A DNA stretch of 64,000 bases. It comes from a virus (lineage: Duplodnaviria > Heunggongvirae > Uroviricota > Caudoviricetes). The position numbers were made by a program, and so were the translations under genes. Shown in pieces: positions 1 through 9,045 of this stretch; positions within the stretch are counted from its first letter, which is position 1; each line of letters opens with the position of its first letter. The notes beneath the pieces were generated by a model. It was not told the DNA's origin. It saw only the letters and a list, made by a program, of their open reading frames with translations, and made no database searches. Where the stretch lies: the IMG/VR virus record IMGVR_UViG_3300034105_001678, positions 5,543 to 69,542 of that record; one strand, given 5' to 3'.

Positions 1-265
1 GATTGACAATGAAACAAATTCAATCTATTATTTAATGGTTGAACAATTTATGGAAATCAAACCGAGTGAAACAATTTACCGACACAACGGAAACGAGATT
101 GACAAAATGTTTTTCGAGAAGTGGTTAGTAAATTACGATAACTACACAAACCAGTTACAAGATAGAAAAGTAATGGTTTTAACACCAAAGATTTCTAATA
201 TGAAACGAGTAAGTGTAAATGGTAAAATTTACTTTATCGGTTAAACATTAGTATTACATTAGGAA

Positions 266-298
266 AGTCCTCTACTGAAAAGTAGGGGATTTTTTTTT
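266..298 (+). terminator. rho-independent terminator (hairpin cctctact-gaaa-agtagggg plus T9)
   Basis: GC stem-loop followed by a T-run immediately after the stop of ORF 35..244. Confidence 0.65.
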
Positions 299-415
299 AC
301 ACACCATATTCCATCCCGAACCAGATCTGGATTATGGATATTGTTTGGCTTTGGTCGGTATTACATTAGAAGCCAAACATTAATGTCCAGTGATCCCTGA
401 ACCAGGATGGAAAAA
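299..415. repeat. Intergenic palindromic repeat element (IRE) copy 1
   Basis: Left end CCAGATCTGG. Core is ATATTGTTTGGC...GCCAAACATTAAT. Right end CCAGGATGGAAAAAATAATTT. Same architecture at about 10 other intergenic sites. Confidence 0.7.
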
Positions 416-430
416 ATAATTTAAATAATA

Positions 431-463
431 TTTGGTGGAATGGAATTAATGTTATATCTTTGT
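431..463 (+). promoter_or_regulatory. Early promoter, Bacteroidetes sigma-A type (TTTG at 431, TATCTTTG at 456-463, 20 nt spacer)
   Basis: Motif AATATTTGGTGGAATG-N-TTATATCTTTGT recurs before 13 plus-strand genes. It matches the Bacteroidetes -33 TTTG / -7 TAnnTTTG consensus. Confidence 0.7.
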
Positions 464-483
464 TGAAACAAATAAACTTAATT

Positions 484-1056
484 ATGGAACACACTAATGA
501 AACAAGAAAAGGTAACTACATTACCAGAACGTATCAAGAGACTGACCCAGAAAGTCCAAGAGGTTGGGATAACCTAACTACAATGTTATGTTTTCATAAC
601 AGATATGATTTAGGTGATAAGACGGAGTACAAGTCCGATATGTTTGAAGGTTGGGAAGATATGAAGACTAAACTTGTTGATACGGAAGACGTACACACGA
701 TTTTACCTTTGTACCTATACGACCATAGTGGAATTACTATTAGTACTAGTCCGTTCGGTTGTAATTGGGATAGTGGACAAGTAGGTTGGATATTCATTAC
801 TAACCAAACCATTAAGGAAGAAGGTATTGATGAAAGTAAAGTTGAGGAGTATCTTAAAAGTGAAGTTGAGACTTACGACCAGTATTTAACGGGTGAAGTT
901 TATGGATACAAGATATTCAAAGTTGAAACTTGTAGTCAAGGTCACGAACACGAAGAAGAATTAGATAGTTGTTACGGGTATTACGGGGAAGACGAGTGTA
1001 TGAAAGAAGGAGTTAGGGTTATGGAATACTATCTAAACGATGAAGTAGTTGTGTAG
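484..1056 (+). CDS. hypothetical early protein (acidic, several Cys/His)
   Basis: ORF 460..1056 in the track starts at TTG. The in-frame ATG at 484 (MEHTNE...) lies about 25 nt after the -7 box. A hairpin terminator follows. Confidence 0.5.
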   Translation: MEHTNETRKGNYITRTYQETDPESPRGWDNLTTMLCFHNRYDLGDKTEYKSDMFEGWEDMKTKLVDTEDVHTILPLYLYDHSGITISTSPFGCNWDSGQVGWIFITNQTIKEEGIDESKVEEYLKSEVETYDQYLTGEVYGYKIFKVETCSQGHEHEEELDSCYGYYGEDECMKEGVRVMEYYLNDEVVV

Positions 1057-1081
1057 TAATACATAGGTTGATAAGGTGAAA

Positions 1082-1112
1082 GGGGGTGAACGAAAGTTCA
1101 TCCCTTTTTTTA
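1082..1112 (+). terminator. rho-independent terminator
   Basis: Hairpin gggtgaac-gaaa-gttcatccc then T7. Confidence 0.6.
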
Positions 1113-1245
1113 TTACCAAGAACCAGATCCACCTATATCCGGATTCGGAATATTGTTTGGCTTTGAGGTATTACATTATAGGGGCCAAAGATTATTTACC
1201 GGAGGACCTGATCTAACCAGGATGGAAAAATAATTTGAAAATAAA
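1113..1245. repeat. IRE copy 2
   Basis: AACCAGATCC...AATATTGTTTGGCTTTG...GGCCAAAGATTATT...CCAGGATGGAAAAAATAATTT. Confidence 0.7.
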
Positions 1246-1313
1246 ATTAAATAATTTTGTTTGGAATTAAAATAGTTGTATATTTGTGTATTCTAAAACT
1301 AAAAAAAAATATT

Positions 1314-1643
1314 ATGATTAACCAACAAGATTACAAAGGTCGTGAAATTGAATTTCAAATGGACGACGTTGATGACAATGTTTACTTCGAGGGTTGTGAT
1401 GACCACACCTTGACGGATGAATTTATGACTAACCTAATGGAAAAGGTTATGAGTTGTAAATGGTTTATTATGGGAAACAAGACCGAAGGTATCATTACCT
1501 TTCAATCCCACAATGAATTTACGATTGACTGGAAATCAATTACAATGGGTGAAGACTGGGACACCGATGAAGAAGATGACCACACACAAGAAGTCCTATT
1601 GAATTATGACTCCGAACAAACCCAAGTAGTTAATTTCAATTAG
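1314..1643 (+). CDS. hypothetical early protein (acidic)
   Basis: ATG at 1314 is in frame with track ORF 1257..1643. Promoter at 1256-1286, terminator at 1663-1690. Confidence 0.5.
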   Translation: MINQQDYKGREIEFQMDDVDDNVYFEGCDDHTLTDEFMTNLMEKVMSCKWFIMGNKTEGIITFQSHNEFTIDWKSITMGEDWDTDEEDDHTQEVLLNYDSEQTQVVNFN

Positions 1644-1690
1644 AAGTTACAAACGGAATTAGACCCCTTACAAAAGTGAGGGGTTTTTTT

Positions 1691-1790
1691 ATGTCCAAGA
1701 AGATCTGGTTCACCTGAGTCTGTGTAATTTTGTTTGGCTAAGCCAATCATTATCCATAGCTCCGGCCCGGAGATCATCGTCCCACAGAAA
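1691..1790. repeat. IRE copy 3
   Basis: TTTTTTTATGTCCAAGAAGATCTGG...TTTTGTTTGGCTAAGCCAATCATTATCC... Confidence 0.65.
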
Positions 1791-1816
1791 TTAATTTAAA
1801 AAAGATTATAAAATGT

Positions 1817-1848
1817 TTTGTTTTATATTAAAAATTGTATTACCTTTG
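1817..1848 (+). promoter_or_regulatory. Early promoter (TTTG 1817, TACCTTTG 1841-1848)
   Basis: 20 nt spacer; fits the consensus. Confidence 0.55.
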
Positions 1849-1871
1849 TGGAACAAATAACAACAAGTACT

Positions 1872-2729
1872 ATGAGTAATCAAGATTCAAGAGTAGTAGA
1901 AATACTCAACAAAGCAAAATTAAACTGGAACGTGAAATCCGAAAGGGTTACCACGGAGTCTGGTATTACATTAGATGGGTATTCAGCCCTGGTTCGTGAA
2001 GACACGAACACTCCACTATCTGTTAGAAGTGAGTCGTATTATCCTTATCAAAACTACGAGTTAGTAGAGTTGTTAGACCGAGTATCGGGATTAACTGGTT
2101 TGTCCATTCACAAAGGAGGTTTCTTTGGTGAGGGCCAAAAAGTATTCATCCAGTTGAAGTCCAACAATTTACGAATTGGTAACGACAGAGTTGAAGGATA
2201 CCTTACGGGAATCAACAGCTTCGATGGTACAACATCTTTGGCCTTTGGTCCAAGTAACATCACCATCAGTTGCCAAAACAAATTCTTTGCAGCCTTTCGT
2301 GAAATGCAATCCAAGGTAAGACATACCAAGAATATGGTAGTAAAGATTGATGAGATCTGTAAAAGACTAGAAGGAGTACTGGACGAGGAGAAGATTGTAT
2401 TCGATAATATCCTTAAGCTGAGTGAAACAAGGTTCGACGATATCATTAAGGATAGAGTTACGCGTGAACTATTCGGCATTAATAAGGATATAGACCTTAA
2501 AGATATGGAGGCAATCAGTGGTGTAACACGCAATAAGCTGAGCCGTTTCTATGTAGATTTAAATGGTGAGTTGCAAGGCAAGGGTGATAACCTATGGGGT
2601 TTATTCTCTGGTATTACAAAGTACACTACTCATAGCCTTACAAAGAATGATAACACTGAAGCCAAAATGTTTGGTGTGTATGGTAAGAGAGAGTTAAGCA
2701 TATTCAACAAGCTGACAGAGCTTGTATAA
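1872..2729 (+). CDS. hypothetical protein (286 aa)
   Basis: In-frame ATG at 1872 (MSNQDSR...). The long ORF has coherent coding potential. Confidence 0.5.
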   Translation: MSNQDSRVVEILNKAKLNWNVKSERVTTESGITLDGYSALVREDTNTPLSVRSESYYPYQNYELVELLDRVSGLTGLSIHKGGFFGEGQKVFIQLKSNNLRIGNDRVEGYLTGINSFDGTTSLAFGPSNITISCQNKFFAAFREMQSKVRHTKNMVVKIDEICKRLEGVLDEEKIVFDNILKLSETRFDDIIKDRVTRELFGINKDIDLKDMEAISGVTRNKLSRFYVDLNGELQGKGDNLWGLFSGITKYTTHSLTKNDNTEAKMFGVYGKRELSIFNKLTELV

Positions 2730-2936
2730 CAATATTCGGTTGGGAGAGGAATATTAAAACACTCTGTGGTCATAGAGTGCGAAGGTTAAGAATAAGTATA
2801 CGAGTGGTATCCCAAGACAACGCCCACGTTGCGTTTCCTATCGTATTACATAGTAGGTGGTTCCTTGAAAAGCATAACGCCTATTCTTATCAAAGACTGA
2901 CATAGTGGAAAGACATTAGGGATTATAAAATAATAA

Positions 2937-2971
2937 AGACCTTTCGGAGTAGTCAACCGAGAGGTTTTTTT
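2937..2971 (+). terminator. rho-independent terminator
   Basis: Hairpin gacctttcgg...ccgagaggt then T7. The small ORF 2846..3079(-) in this region is probably a shadow ORF. Confidence 0.55.
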
Positions 2972-3122
2972 ATGCCCAAGAAATAGCAACTGTGCTGCAC
3001 TGGTGGAATATTGTTTGGCTGAGCCAATCATTATCAAGAGCTGCGCTGTTGCGCTGAGGAGAGCGCTTATACGGGCCAATCAATATTGTCCGGTGCCCAC
3101 TGATCTCCAGGACGTAAAAAAT
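2972..3122. repeat. IRE copy 4
   Basis: TTTTTTTATGCCCAAGAAATAG...AATATTGTTTGGCTGAGCCAATCATTATC...GGGCCAATCAATATTG...CCAGGACGTAAAAAATAATTT. Confidence 0.7.
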
Positions 3123-3146
3123 AATTTAAAAAAAAATAAAATAATA

Positions 3147-3178
3147 TTTGGTGGAATGAAATAGTTGTTATATCTTTG
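3147..3178 (+). promoter_or_regulatory. Early promoter (TTTG 3147-3150, TATCTTTG 3171-3178)
   Basis: Exact 20 nt spacer. Confidence 0.7.
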
Positions 3179-3199
3179 TGGAAACAAAAAAGAAAAATT

Positions 3200-3532
3200 A
3201 TGGACTACAAAATTGTAACATCAAGTAATTCACACACATTAACCGAAAACATAAGGTTATTAATAGGTGAAGGGTGGGAACCAGTTGGTTCACATCAAGT
3301 CGTAACTATACACGACCAAAATAGATATCGTGGTAATCAACATATTGACACCACACACGAAACCGAGTATTCACAAACTATGGTTAGAAAAACCAATACG
3401 AAAGTTATTGAAGTGGATATTATGTTCAACCATCCTGACGATGATGAAACCATTAAGGTTTATGATGAAGAAGGAATGAGAGAAGAATTTGAATATGAAT
3501 TAGATTGTTTAATTAAAAACTCTGGATTATGA
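3200..3532 (+). CDS. hypothetical protein
   Basis: ATG at 3200 (MDYKIV...). The track start 3176 is a TTG. Confidence 0.5.
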   Translation: MDYKIVTSSNSHTLTENIRLLIGEGWEPVGSHQVVTIHDQNRYRGNQHIDTTHETEYSQTMVRKTNTKVIEVDIMFNHPDDDETIKVYDEEGMREEFEYELDCLIKNSGL

Positions 3533-3801
3533 ACAGAATATCAATTTACAAAATAACGGATTTGGATGATGTAGATTCAGATGCGATGTATTATACTCTT
3601 AAAGGTTTAAGAGAACAAGTGTTAAATGAGTGGTATGATGTATGGGGTGAAAGGTGGAATGAAAAATGGGAGGGAGAACAAGACTACACCAAAGAACAAA
3701 TCAAAGAGAGTGATGAAGACCTATTTGGTTATATGGATAGTTGGAATTATAATGTGGAAACAATATTAGAAATCACGGAAGATGACTTCCCTAAATCTTA
3801 A
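3529..3801 (+). CDS. hypothetical protein (acidic, Trp-rich)
   Basis: ATGA overlap with the upstream gene. Confidence 0.45.
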   Translation: MNRISIYKITDLDDVDSDAMYYTLKGLREQVLNEWYDVWGERWNEKWEGEQDYTKEQIKESDEDLFGYMDSWNYNVETILEITEDDFPKS

Positions 3802-3804
3802 ACT

Positions 3805-4026
3805 ATGATAAAGTCAATCGAAGAAAAGAAACACACACCAGTTGAAATAGATTTAACTGGTCCTGATGGAAATGTATTTTACCTTATCGCTCAAGGTGGT
3901 AGGTATTGTAAACAACTGGGTTTAAACTCGGAAGTGTTCACTCGTAGAATGATGAGTGGTGATTACGAAAATGCGGTCAACGTATTTGAAGAATATTTTG
4001 GATCATTTGTAACTTTATTTAGATAA
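3805..4026 (+). CDS. hypothetical protein
   Basis: ORF closely follows the upstream stop. Confidence 0.45.
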   Translation: MIKSIEEKKHTPVEIDLTGPDGNVFYLIAQGGRYCKQLGLNSEVFTRRMMSGDYENAVNVFEEYFGSFVTLFR

Positions 4027-4028
4027 TA

Positions 4029-4060
4029 TTTGGTGGAATGATATATTAGTTATATCTTTG
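4029..4060 (+). promoter_or_regulatory. Early promoter (TTTG 4029, TATCTTTG 4053-4060)
   Basis: 20 nt spacer. Confidence 0.7.
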
Positions 4061-4081
4061 TACCGAACAAAAAAATTAATT

Positions 4082-4279
4082 ATGACAAAGTATCAAGTAT
4101 TAAGTCCAGACGGGTTTACGATTGAGTTCGATAAACCTTATTACACCTCAAAGAAAAAAGCTTTCGAAGCTTTTGACAAGTGGAAAGAAAGGTATAAATT
4201 ACAAGGGTATTATAGTTCCAACAATGGAAGAATACCTTTGGAGGAATTAGAAGATTATATGAGTATTCGTCAAATTTAA
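4082..4279 (+). CDS. hypothetical protein
   Basis: ATG at 4082 (MTKYQV...). Confidence 0.45.
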   Translation: MTKYQVLSPDGFTIEFDKPYYTSKKKAFEAFDKWKERYKLQGYYSSNNGRIPLEELEDYMSIRQI

Positions 4280-4390
4280 AATCAATAACAATGAATATAT
4301 TATATTATATACTTTTAGTATTCGGAGTTGTAGTAGTATTAGCCGCGATGGTTGTAATACTCGTAATCATAATTAAAAAAGCGATAGACA

Positions 4391-4663
4391 ATGGAACAGA
4401 CCCCAACGACATTTAACTTTCATTTAGATACAAAGGTTACAACCTGGTATCGTACAGAATTTGAAATCGAGGCTAACTCATTAGAGGAAGCTCAGAAATT
4501 GGCAATTGCCTTTCGTGAGAGAGGTGATAACACGGAACTGCCGTGGGAACAAATTGACGACACTCTTGAAGGTATGATACCAGATGAAAATGGTGCAGAA
4601 CCTACGGAGGAATTATATGATGAGGATGGTAATATAATTTGGGATAACACTAAATCAATTTAA
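4391..4663 (+). CDS. hypothetical acidic protein
   Basis: ORF. Confidence 0.45.
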   Translation: MEQTPTTFNFHLDTKVTTWYRTEFEIEANSLEEAQKLAIAFRERGDNTELPWEQIDDTLEGMIPDENGAEPTEELYDEDGNIIWDNTKSI

Positions 4664-4664
4664 A

Positions 4665-4982
4665 ATGGATAAGTTAGAATTAATCAAACGTATTACAGAC
4701 ATACTAAAAGTTAATGGATGTTTTAGTATTGGAGAATTGGAGGGAGAAACCACAGGAATTTGTGTGGGTGAATTAGGTAAGTTCGTTGGACTGGTTGAGT
4801 ACTTCACCGAAGATTATTGTGAAGTGAATGTATATGAACCAAGTTCATTTAGTTCAGACCCAATAGACACCTACGAACAAGACTATGGTTTTTTAAGTGA
4901 AGATGTATTAGGTGATATACATTTATTATGTGAACAATGGGAAGCTGAATGTATTAGAACAGAAAAAAGAATTTCAAATTAA
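4665..4982 (+). CDS. hypothetical protein
   Basis: ORF starts 2 nt after the upstream stop. Confidence 0.45.
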   Translation: MDKLELIKRITDILKVNGCFSIGELEGETTGICVGELGKFVGLVEYFTEDYCEVNVYEPSSFSSDPIDTYEQDYGFLSEDVLGDIHLLCEQWEAECIRTEKRISN

Positions 4983-5084
4983 GTTTACATTATAAAAGAC
5001 ATAATGTATATTATATAAAATTGTGTTTATAATTTGTGTTTGAATGTGTAAGAGGGAATGGTAGAAATATCATTTCCTTTTTTT

Positions 5085-5232
5085 ATGCCCAAGAAGATCT
5101 GAGCACAGTGGCACAGGAGAAATAATGTTTGGCTTTCACCTTCCGACGCTGTGGGCCCTGGACTGAATTTGTTTGGCCGAGCCAAACATTATCGGACAGG
5201 TGGATCACCGGCCACCGGTTCTTCCCAGGAAA
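5085..5232. repeat. IRE copy 5
   Basis: TTTTTTTATGCCCAAGAAGATCTGAGCACAG...AATAATGTTTGGCTTTC...TTTGTTTGGCCGAGCCAAACATTATCGG...CCCAGGAAAAAATAATTT. Confidence 0.7.
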
Positions 5233-5259
5233 AAATAATTTAAAAAAAATAAAATAATA

Positions 5260-5291
5260 TTTGTTGGAATAAAATATTTGTTATATCTTTG
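5260..5291 (+). promoter_or_regulatory. Early promoter
   Basis: TTTG 5260-5263, TATCTTTG 5284-5291, 20 nt spacer. Confidence 0.65.
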
Positions 5292-5312
5292 TGTAAACAA
5301 AAAAAGAAAATT

Positions 5313-5561
5313 ATGTCAAATCTAAAAGATCAAGAAGTTAACTCTCATTGGACAAAGGTCGCTAAGAGAGTATTAGAGGGAAAAACTATTGTAGAAGTTC
5401 GTTATCTTAATGATGAGGAAATGGAAATGATGGGTTGGTATAAACGACCTGTATGTTTTGTCCTAAATGATGGTACAAGTTGTATGTTATCCTGTGATGA
5501 TGAGGGTAATGATGGTGGAGTTTTATTCTATGGAACTGATGGTGTTTTACCAGTATTATAA
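5313..5561 (+). CDS. hypothetical protein
   Basis: ATG at 5313 (MSNLKD...). Confidence 0.45.
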   Translation: MSNLKDQEVNSHWTKVAKRVLEGKTIVEVRYLNDEEMEMMGWYKRPVCFVLNDGTSCMLSCDDEGNDGGVLFYGTDGVLPVL

Positions 5562-5597
5562 TAACATATAAAAAAGTTTTAAAAAAATTAAAATAAA

Positions 5598-5629
5598 TTT
5601 GGTGGAATGAAAACTTCTTTATATCTTTG
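5598..5629 (+). promoter_or_regulatory. Early promoter
   Basis: TTTG 5598-5601, TATCTTTG 5622-5629, 20 nt spacer. Confidence 0.65.
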
Positions 5630-5661
5630 TGTAACAATTTAAAATATATAATCCAAAAAAA

Positions 5662-5687
5662 CGGGGACAGGTTTCTGAACAAAAATT
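5662..5687 (+). promoter_or_regulatory. Conserved 5'UTR element CGGGGACAGGTTTCTGAACAAAAATT
   Basis: A near-identical 26-mer also sits at 9461-9486, in the same position between the -7 box and the ATG. Confidence 0.5.
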
Positions 5688-5691
5688 GAGT

Positions 5692-6438
5692 ATGGGAAAC
5701 GTACAATTATTAGGTAAAAAAGTAAACGAGGTTTACTCTACCAAAGATTACAACAAGTTTAAATTTCGTGGGGACAATCGTATTGTCAAAGACTCTCACG
5801 TAAGAGGTCTAATTGAGAATATGAAGTTACGAGGTTGGGAGCCAGGTTCATACGTGGTTATCAACGAGAAAGGTGAAGTCATTGACGGACAACATAGAGT
5901 AAGGGCGGCTATCCAAGTGGGTATTCCAGTTCATTACACTATTGAGAAAAAAGCGGGGTTTGAAACTATCCGTAACCTTAATAGAAACCAAAAGAACTGG
6001 GCGATAACCGACCACATTCACGGATTCGTTGAGGAAAACAATCCACACTACATTAAGTTAAACAACTTCATTAAGGAGTACAAAGAACTTAAAGTTACTG
6101 AATGTATGATGTTATGTAAAAATTCATTCTCATCAGTTCCTCGTAACGAGTTTGAGAGTGGTAACTTTACTACACGTGATATGGGTAAGGCGAGAATGTG
6201 GGGTGATTACATTATGTCACTTAAACCATTCTTTAAAGGTTACAATCGTTCAATCTTTGTAAGAGCGATAGTGAAAGTGTTATCAAAGAAACCAGAATTC
6301 AAGTTTGATAAATTCTTACATAAGGTTCAATTAAGACCAAACTTAATTACTATGTGTGGGACAGTTGAACAATATATATCAATGATTGAGGAGTTGTATA
6401 ACTTCGGTAGTCGTGATAAAATCAATTTAAGATTTTAA
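5692..6438 (+). CDS. ParB-like N-terminal domain protein
   Basis: Segment ...VVINEKGEVIDGQHRVRAAIQVGIPV... resembles the ParB/Srx fold motif (idGhHRl.Aa). ATG at 5692. Confidence 0.45.
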   Translation: MGNVQLLGKKVNEVYSTKDYNKFKFRGDNRIVKDSHVRGLIENMKLRGWEPGSYVVINEKGEVIDGQHRVRAAIQVGIPVHYTIEKKAGFETIRNLNRNQKNWAITDHIHGFVEENNPHYIKLNNFIKEYKELKVTECMMLCKNSFSSVPRNEFESGNFTTRDMGKARMWGDYIMSLKPFFKGYNRSIFVRAIVKVLSKKPEFKFDKFLHKVQLRPNLITMCGTVEQYISMIEELYNFGSRDKINLRF

Positions 6439-6466
6439 GAGTTGGGTTATATAGGTTGGTTAGTAA

Positions 6467-6496
6467 AGTGGGGTGGACTTCGGTTCACCCTTTTTA
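6467..6496 (+). terminator. rho-independent terminator
   Basis: gtggggtggacttcggttcaccc then T5. Confidence 0.55.
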
Positions 6497-6579
6497 TTTG
6501 TATTACCTGGAAGAATGATCTGGGTCGGGGGACCTGTTAGATAGTGTTTGGCCCTGAATGTGAATAAGTTAAAAAAAGT

Positions 6580-6610
6580 TTTGCAGTTATTAACATTTTG
6601 TGTATATTTG
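6580..6610 (+). promoter_or_regulatory. Promoter (TTTG 6580, TATATTTG 6603-6610, 19 nt spacer)
   Basis: Fits the Bacteroidetes consensus. Confidence 0.5.
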
Positions 6611-6635
6611 CAGAACGAAAACAAACAAATGTATT

Positions 6636-6878
6636 ATGATTAAAAAATTGTCGAAAGATCAGACATTAAGAATGTTTGACCATTCCACGAAATTGTATTG
6701 TAAAATACAATTGAGTGAAAACAAGAAGTATTACGAGAAGTACGTTTCCAGGGATAAAAAGAACTGGGAATTAATTAGTAAGTTAAAATCGTTTGATGAG
6801 GTATTAACAACTCAGCAAGAATTGATAGATAACAACTATATGAACTTGTTTAGAAAGATTAGCACGGGTAAAGTTTAA
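6636..6878 (+). CDS. hypothetical protein
   Basis: ATG at 6636 (MIKKLSKD...). Confidence 0.4.
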   Translation: MIKKLSKDQTLRMFDHSTKLYCKIQLSENKKYYEKYVSRDKKNWELISKLKSFDEVLTTQQELIDNNYMNLFRKISTGKV

Positions 6879-6908
6879 TAGATTTTGGATTAGTAAGTTT
6901 TATTGTTC

Positions 6909-6940
6909 AGGAGACCTCACCAGAAATGGTGGGGTTTTTC
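6909..6940 (+). terminator. rho-independent terminator
   Basis: cctcacca-gaaa-tggtgggg then T5. Confidence 0.6.
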
Positions 6941-6942
6941 TT

Positions 6943-7150
6943 TGCAACTAATTTGCGCAGATCTGGCAGCAGAGGTGGATAATGTTTGGCCATCGTAACT
7001 ACTTGATTATCAATGATAGTCCTGGGCCAATCATTATCGGTGCTGTTGCGCGCAGCAGGTGTTCCCATTTATGCGCAGCAATTTGGCTGAATTATGCGCA
7101 ACTGGTGGCCAATCATTATTAGGGATGATCTCACCAGCATCCAGGGCACA
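6943..7150. repeat. IRE copy 7 (the longest, composite)
   Basis: Contains GCGCAGATCTGGCAG, GATAATGTTTGGCCATCG, GGGCCAATCATTATCGG, TGGCCAATCATTATTAGGGATGATCT and CCAGGGCACAAAAAAAAC. TGCGCAG-type sub-repeats occur several times. Confidence 0.65.
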
Positions 7151-7179
7151 AAAAAAACTTCATTTATTTTTAAATTAAA

Positions 7180-7211
7180 TTTGGTGGAATGAAAATAGTT
7201 TTATATCTTTG
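7180..7211 (+). promoter_or_regulatory. Early promoter
   Basis: TTTG 7180-7183, TATCTTTG 7204-7211. Confidence 0.65.
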
Positions 7212-7233
7212 TACAGAACAAAAAAAACAAATT

Positions 7234-7992
7234 ATGATTTACAAAAACATCTCACAATCTAAGAAGTCTACTGGACTATCTTATTTAGGTATGGTTAACA
7301 ACTCTACCAAACACGAAAAAGCGTACAAGTTCGATGAACTGGTATACACTTTATATTTGGCACCTGCCAAAATGAGTGGGTACGAAGTTTGCCCGATGAG
7401 AACAAAAGAATGTACATTGTTATGTCTGAATGAATCAGGTCGTAATAAAATGGACACTCACAAAAACACGATTAACAATTCACGAATCAAAAAAACTAAA
7501 TTGTTTTTTGAGGAGAGAGAATTCTTTATGAAGTGGTTAATCGATGATATCACAATAGCCAAAAAGAAGGCTAAAGATCTGGGATATCATTTTAGTGTTC
7601 GTCTGAATAATACTTCGGATATCTCCCCCGAATCTTTTTACTTGTCAATTGATGGAGTCAATAAAAACATACTGGAAATATTTCCCGATGTTCAATTCTA
7701 TGATTATACAAAAGTACCTAATCGGATGAGGTTGAAAATGAAATACCCTAATTACGATTTAACCTTTTCATTTAGTGGTAACAATATGGATGAGTGTTTT
7801 AAAATGTTACAAAATAACATTAGGGTGGCGATGGTGTTCGACAAAGTTCCCACGTCATACAAAGGTTATAACGTTATCGATGGTGATCAGTACGATATGA
7901 GATATCGGGATGATGATAATGTTATTGTTGGTTTGAAGTTTAAACGAGTACGAACTAAACTAGATAAAAAATATAAGTTCGTAATACAATAG
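7234..7992 (+). CDS. hypothetical protein (252 aa)
   Basis: ATG at 7234. Terminator at 7999-8020. Confidence 0.5.
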   Translation: MIYKNISQSKKSTGLSYLGMVNNSTKHEKAYKFDELVYTLYLAPAKMSGYEVCPMRTKECTLLCLNESGRNKMDTHKNTINNSRIKKTKLFFEEREFFMKWLIDDITIAKKKAKDLGYHFSVRLNNTSDISPESFYLSIDGVNKNILEIFPDVQFYDYTKVPNRMRLKMKYPNYDLTFSFSGNNMDECFKMLQNNIRVAMVFDKVPTSYKGYNVIDGDQYDMRYRDDDNVIVGLKFKRVRTKLDKKYKFVIQ

Positions 7993-7998
7993 AATAAG

Positions 7999-8020
7999 AA
8001 ACCCCGAAAGGGGTTTTTTT
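7999..8020 (+). terminator. rho-independent terminator
   Basis: aaccccgaaaggggtt then T7. Confidence 0.7.
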
Positions 8021-8165
8021 ATGCCCAAGAATCTCCGGCCACTGTGCACAGATGAAATTTGTTTGGCCGAGCCAATCATTATTAGAAGACGCCGTCGCCG
8101 GTCTTCTGTGAAGGTAAGAGCCAATCATTATTAGGGATGATCTGCACCGGTGGCCGGAAATAAAA
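8021..8165. repeat. IRE copy 8
   Basis: TTTTTTTATGCCCAAGAATCTCCGG...AAATTTGTTTGGCCGAGCCAATCATTATTAG...GAGCCAATCATTATTAGGGATGATCT... Confidence 0.7.
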
Positions 8166-8190
8166 TAATTTTAAAATAAATAAAATATTA

Positions 8191-8222
8191 TTTGGTGGAT
8201 TGAAATAAAGGTTATATCTTTG
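8191..8222 (+). promoter_or_regulatory. Early promoter
   Basis: TTTG 8191-8194, TATCTTTG 8215-8222. Confidence 0.65.
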
Positions 8223-8245
8223 TACCGAACAAAAAAACATATACA

Positions 8246-8533
8246 ATGATTAAAGAAAAAAGAAAACCAATTTCAGTAAGTGACCACAAGAGATTCGCTT
8301 GCTTTGAGTATGAAAATGAAACTTCACCAGGCTATCAACTGGGCGATATTCTTTACAAGGAATATGGTGAAGAACAGGAACCAGAAGTCGGAGTAGTCAT
8401 CCAAACTTTCGAGGATGGTGATGTTAGAACCGATATGTGGGGTATGAGTTGTGATGACGAAGTATCTCAAGCAACTTTGGAACAGATCAAAAAGTATCGA
8501 CCAAGTTTAATGGAATTTCTTTTAATAAAATAA
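8246..8533 (+). CDS. hypothetical protein
   Basis: ATG start as in the track. Confidence 0.45.
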   Translation: MIKEKRKPISVSDHKRFACFEYENETSPGYQLGDILYKEYGEEQEPEVGVVIQTFEDGDVRTDMWGMSCDDEVSQATLEQIKKYRPSLMEFLLIK

Positions 8534-8534
8534 A

Positions 8535-8566
8535 TTTGGTGGAACAGAATAAAAGTTATATCTTTG
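8535..8566 (+). promoter_or_regulatory. Early promoter
   Basis: TTTG 8535-8538, TATCTTTG 8559-8566. Confidence 0.65.
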
Positions 8567-8604
8567 TAAAATAAATCATTTACTAATTAATAAATTTAAA
8601 CAAA

Positions 8605-9045
8605 ATGGGAACACGTTCAACCTACCGAGTTATCGAACAATGGACTGATGACAAAACCGGTAAAATCAAAAATGAGAATTTAGTTTTAGTGTATCTGCAA
8701 TATGACGGATACCCAACAGGTCATCCTATTGATACCGCTGAATGGTTATCAACTGGCAAAGTCGTAAATGGTTACAGCCTAAACGAAGAATTACAATTCA
8801 ACGGAGCTGGCTGTTTAGCTGCCCAACTCGTAGACAAAATGAAAACTGGAACTGGTGGATGTTATATACATTCATTGAGTAGTCGTGGTAAATCGTGGGA
8901 AGATTATCTCTATGATATTATTGTCAAAGAAGATAAATCCATTGAGTACGTTTGTTATGAGAATGGAAGTAAGAAGAAAGAACTATTTCGTGGTTCACCT
9001 GCGGACTTTGTAATCAAATATCATAAAGAAGATGTCGAAGCTTAA
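8605..9045 (+). CDS. hypothetical protein
   Basis: ORF. Confidence 0.45.
   Translation: MGTRSTYRVIEQWTDDKTGKIKNENLVLVYLQYDGYPTGHPIDTAEWLSTGKVVNGYSLNEELQFNGAGCLAAQLVDKMKTGTGGCYIHSLSSRGKSWEDYLYDIIVKEDKSIEYVCYENGSKKKELFRGSPADFVIKYHKEDVEA

Noticed and set aside
594-812. Antisense or alternate-frame ORFs inside longer genes. These include 594..812(-), 2108..2533(-), 5407..5706(-), 5848..6048(-), 10254.., 10288..(-), 10446.., 11083..(-), 11669..(-), 25588..25818(-), 44553..45065(-), 53583..53858(-), 54695..54922(-) and 55946..56170(-).
   Set aside because: They lie entirely within better-supported longer ORFs on the other strand or frame, are low-complexity (Ser/Leu/Ile-rich) and have no promoter or terminator. 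They are shadow ORFs of an AT-rich genome.
460-7234. ORF-track start coordinates at 460, 1257, 1818, 3176, 4058, 5289, 5686, 6600 and 7189.
   Set aside because: These are TTG codons lying inside or before the conserved -7 promoter box. The downstream in-frame ATG is used instead in each case.
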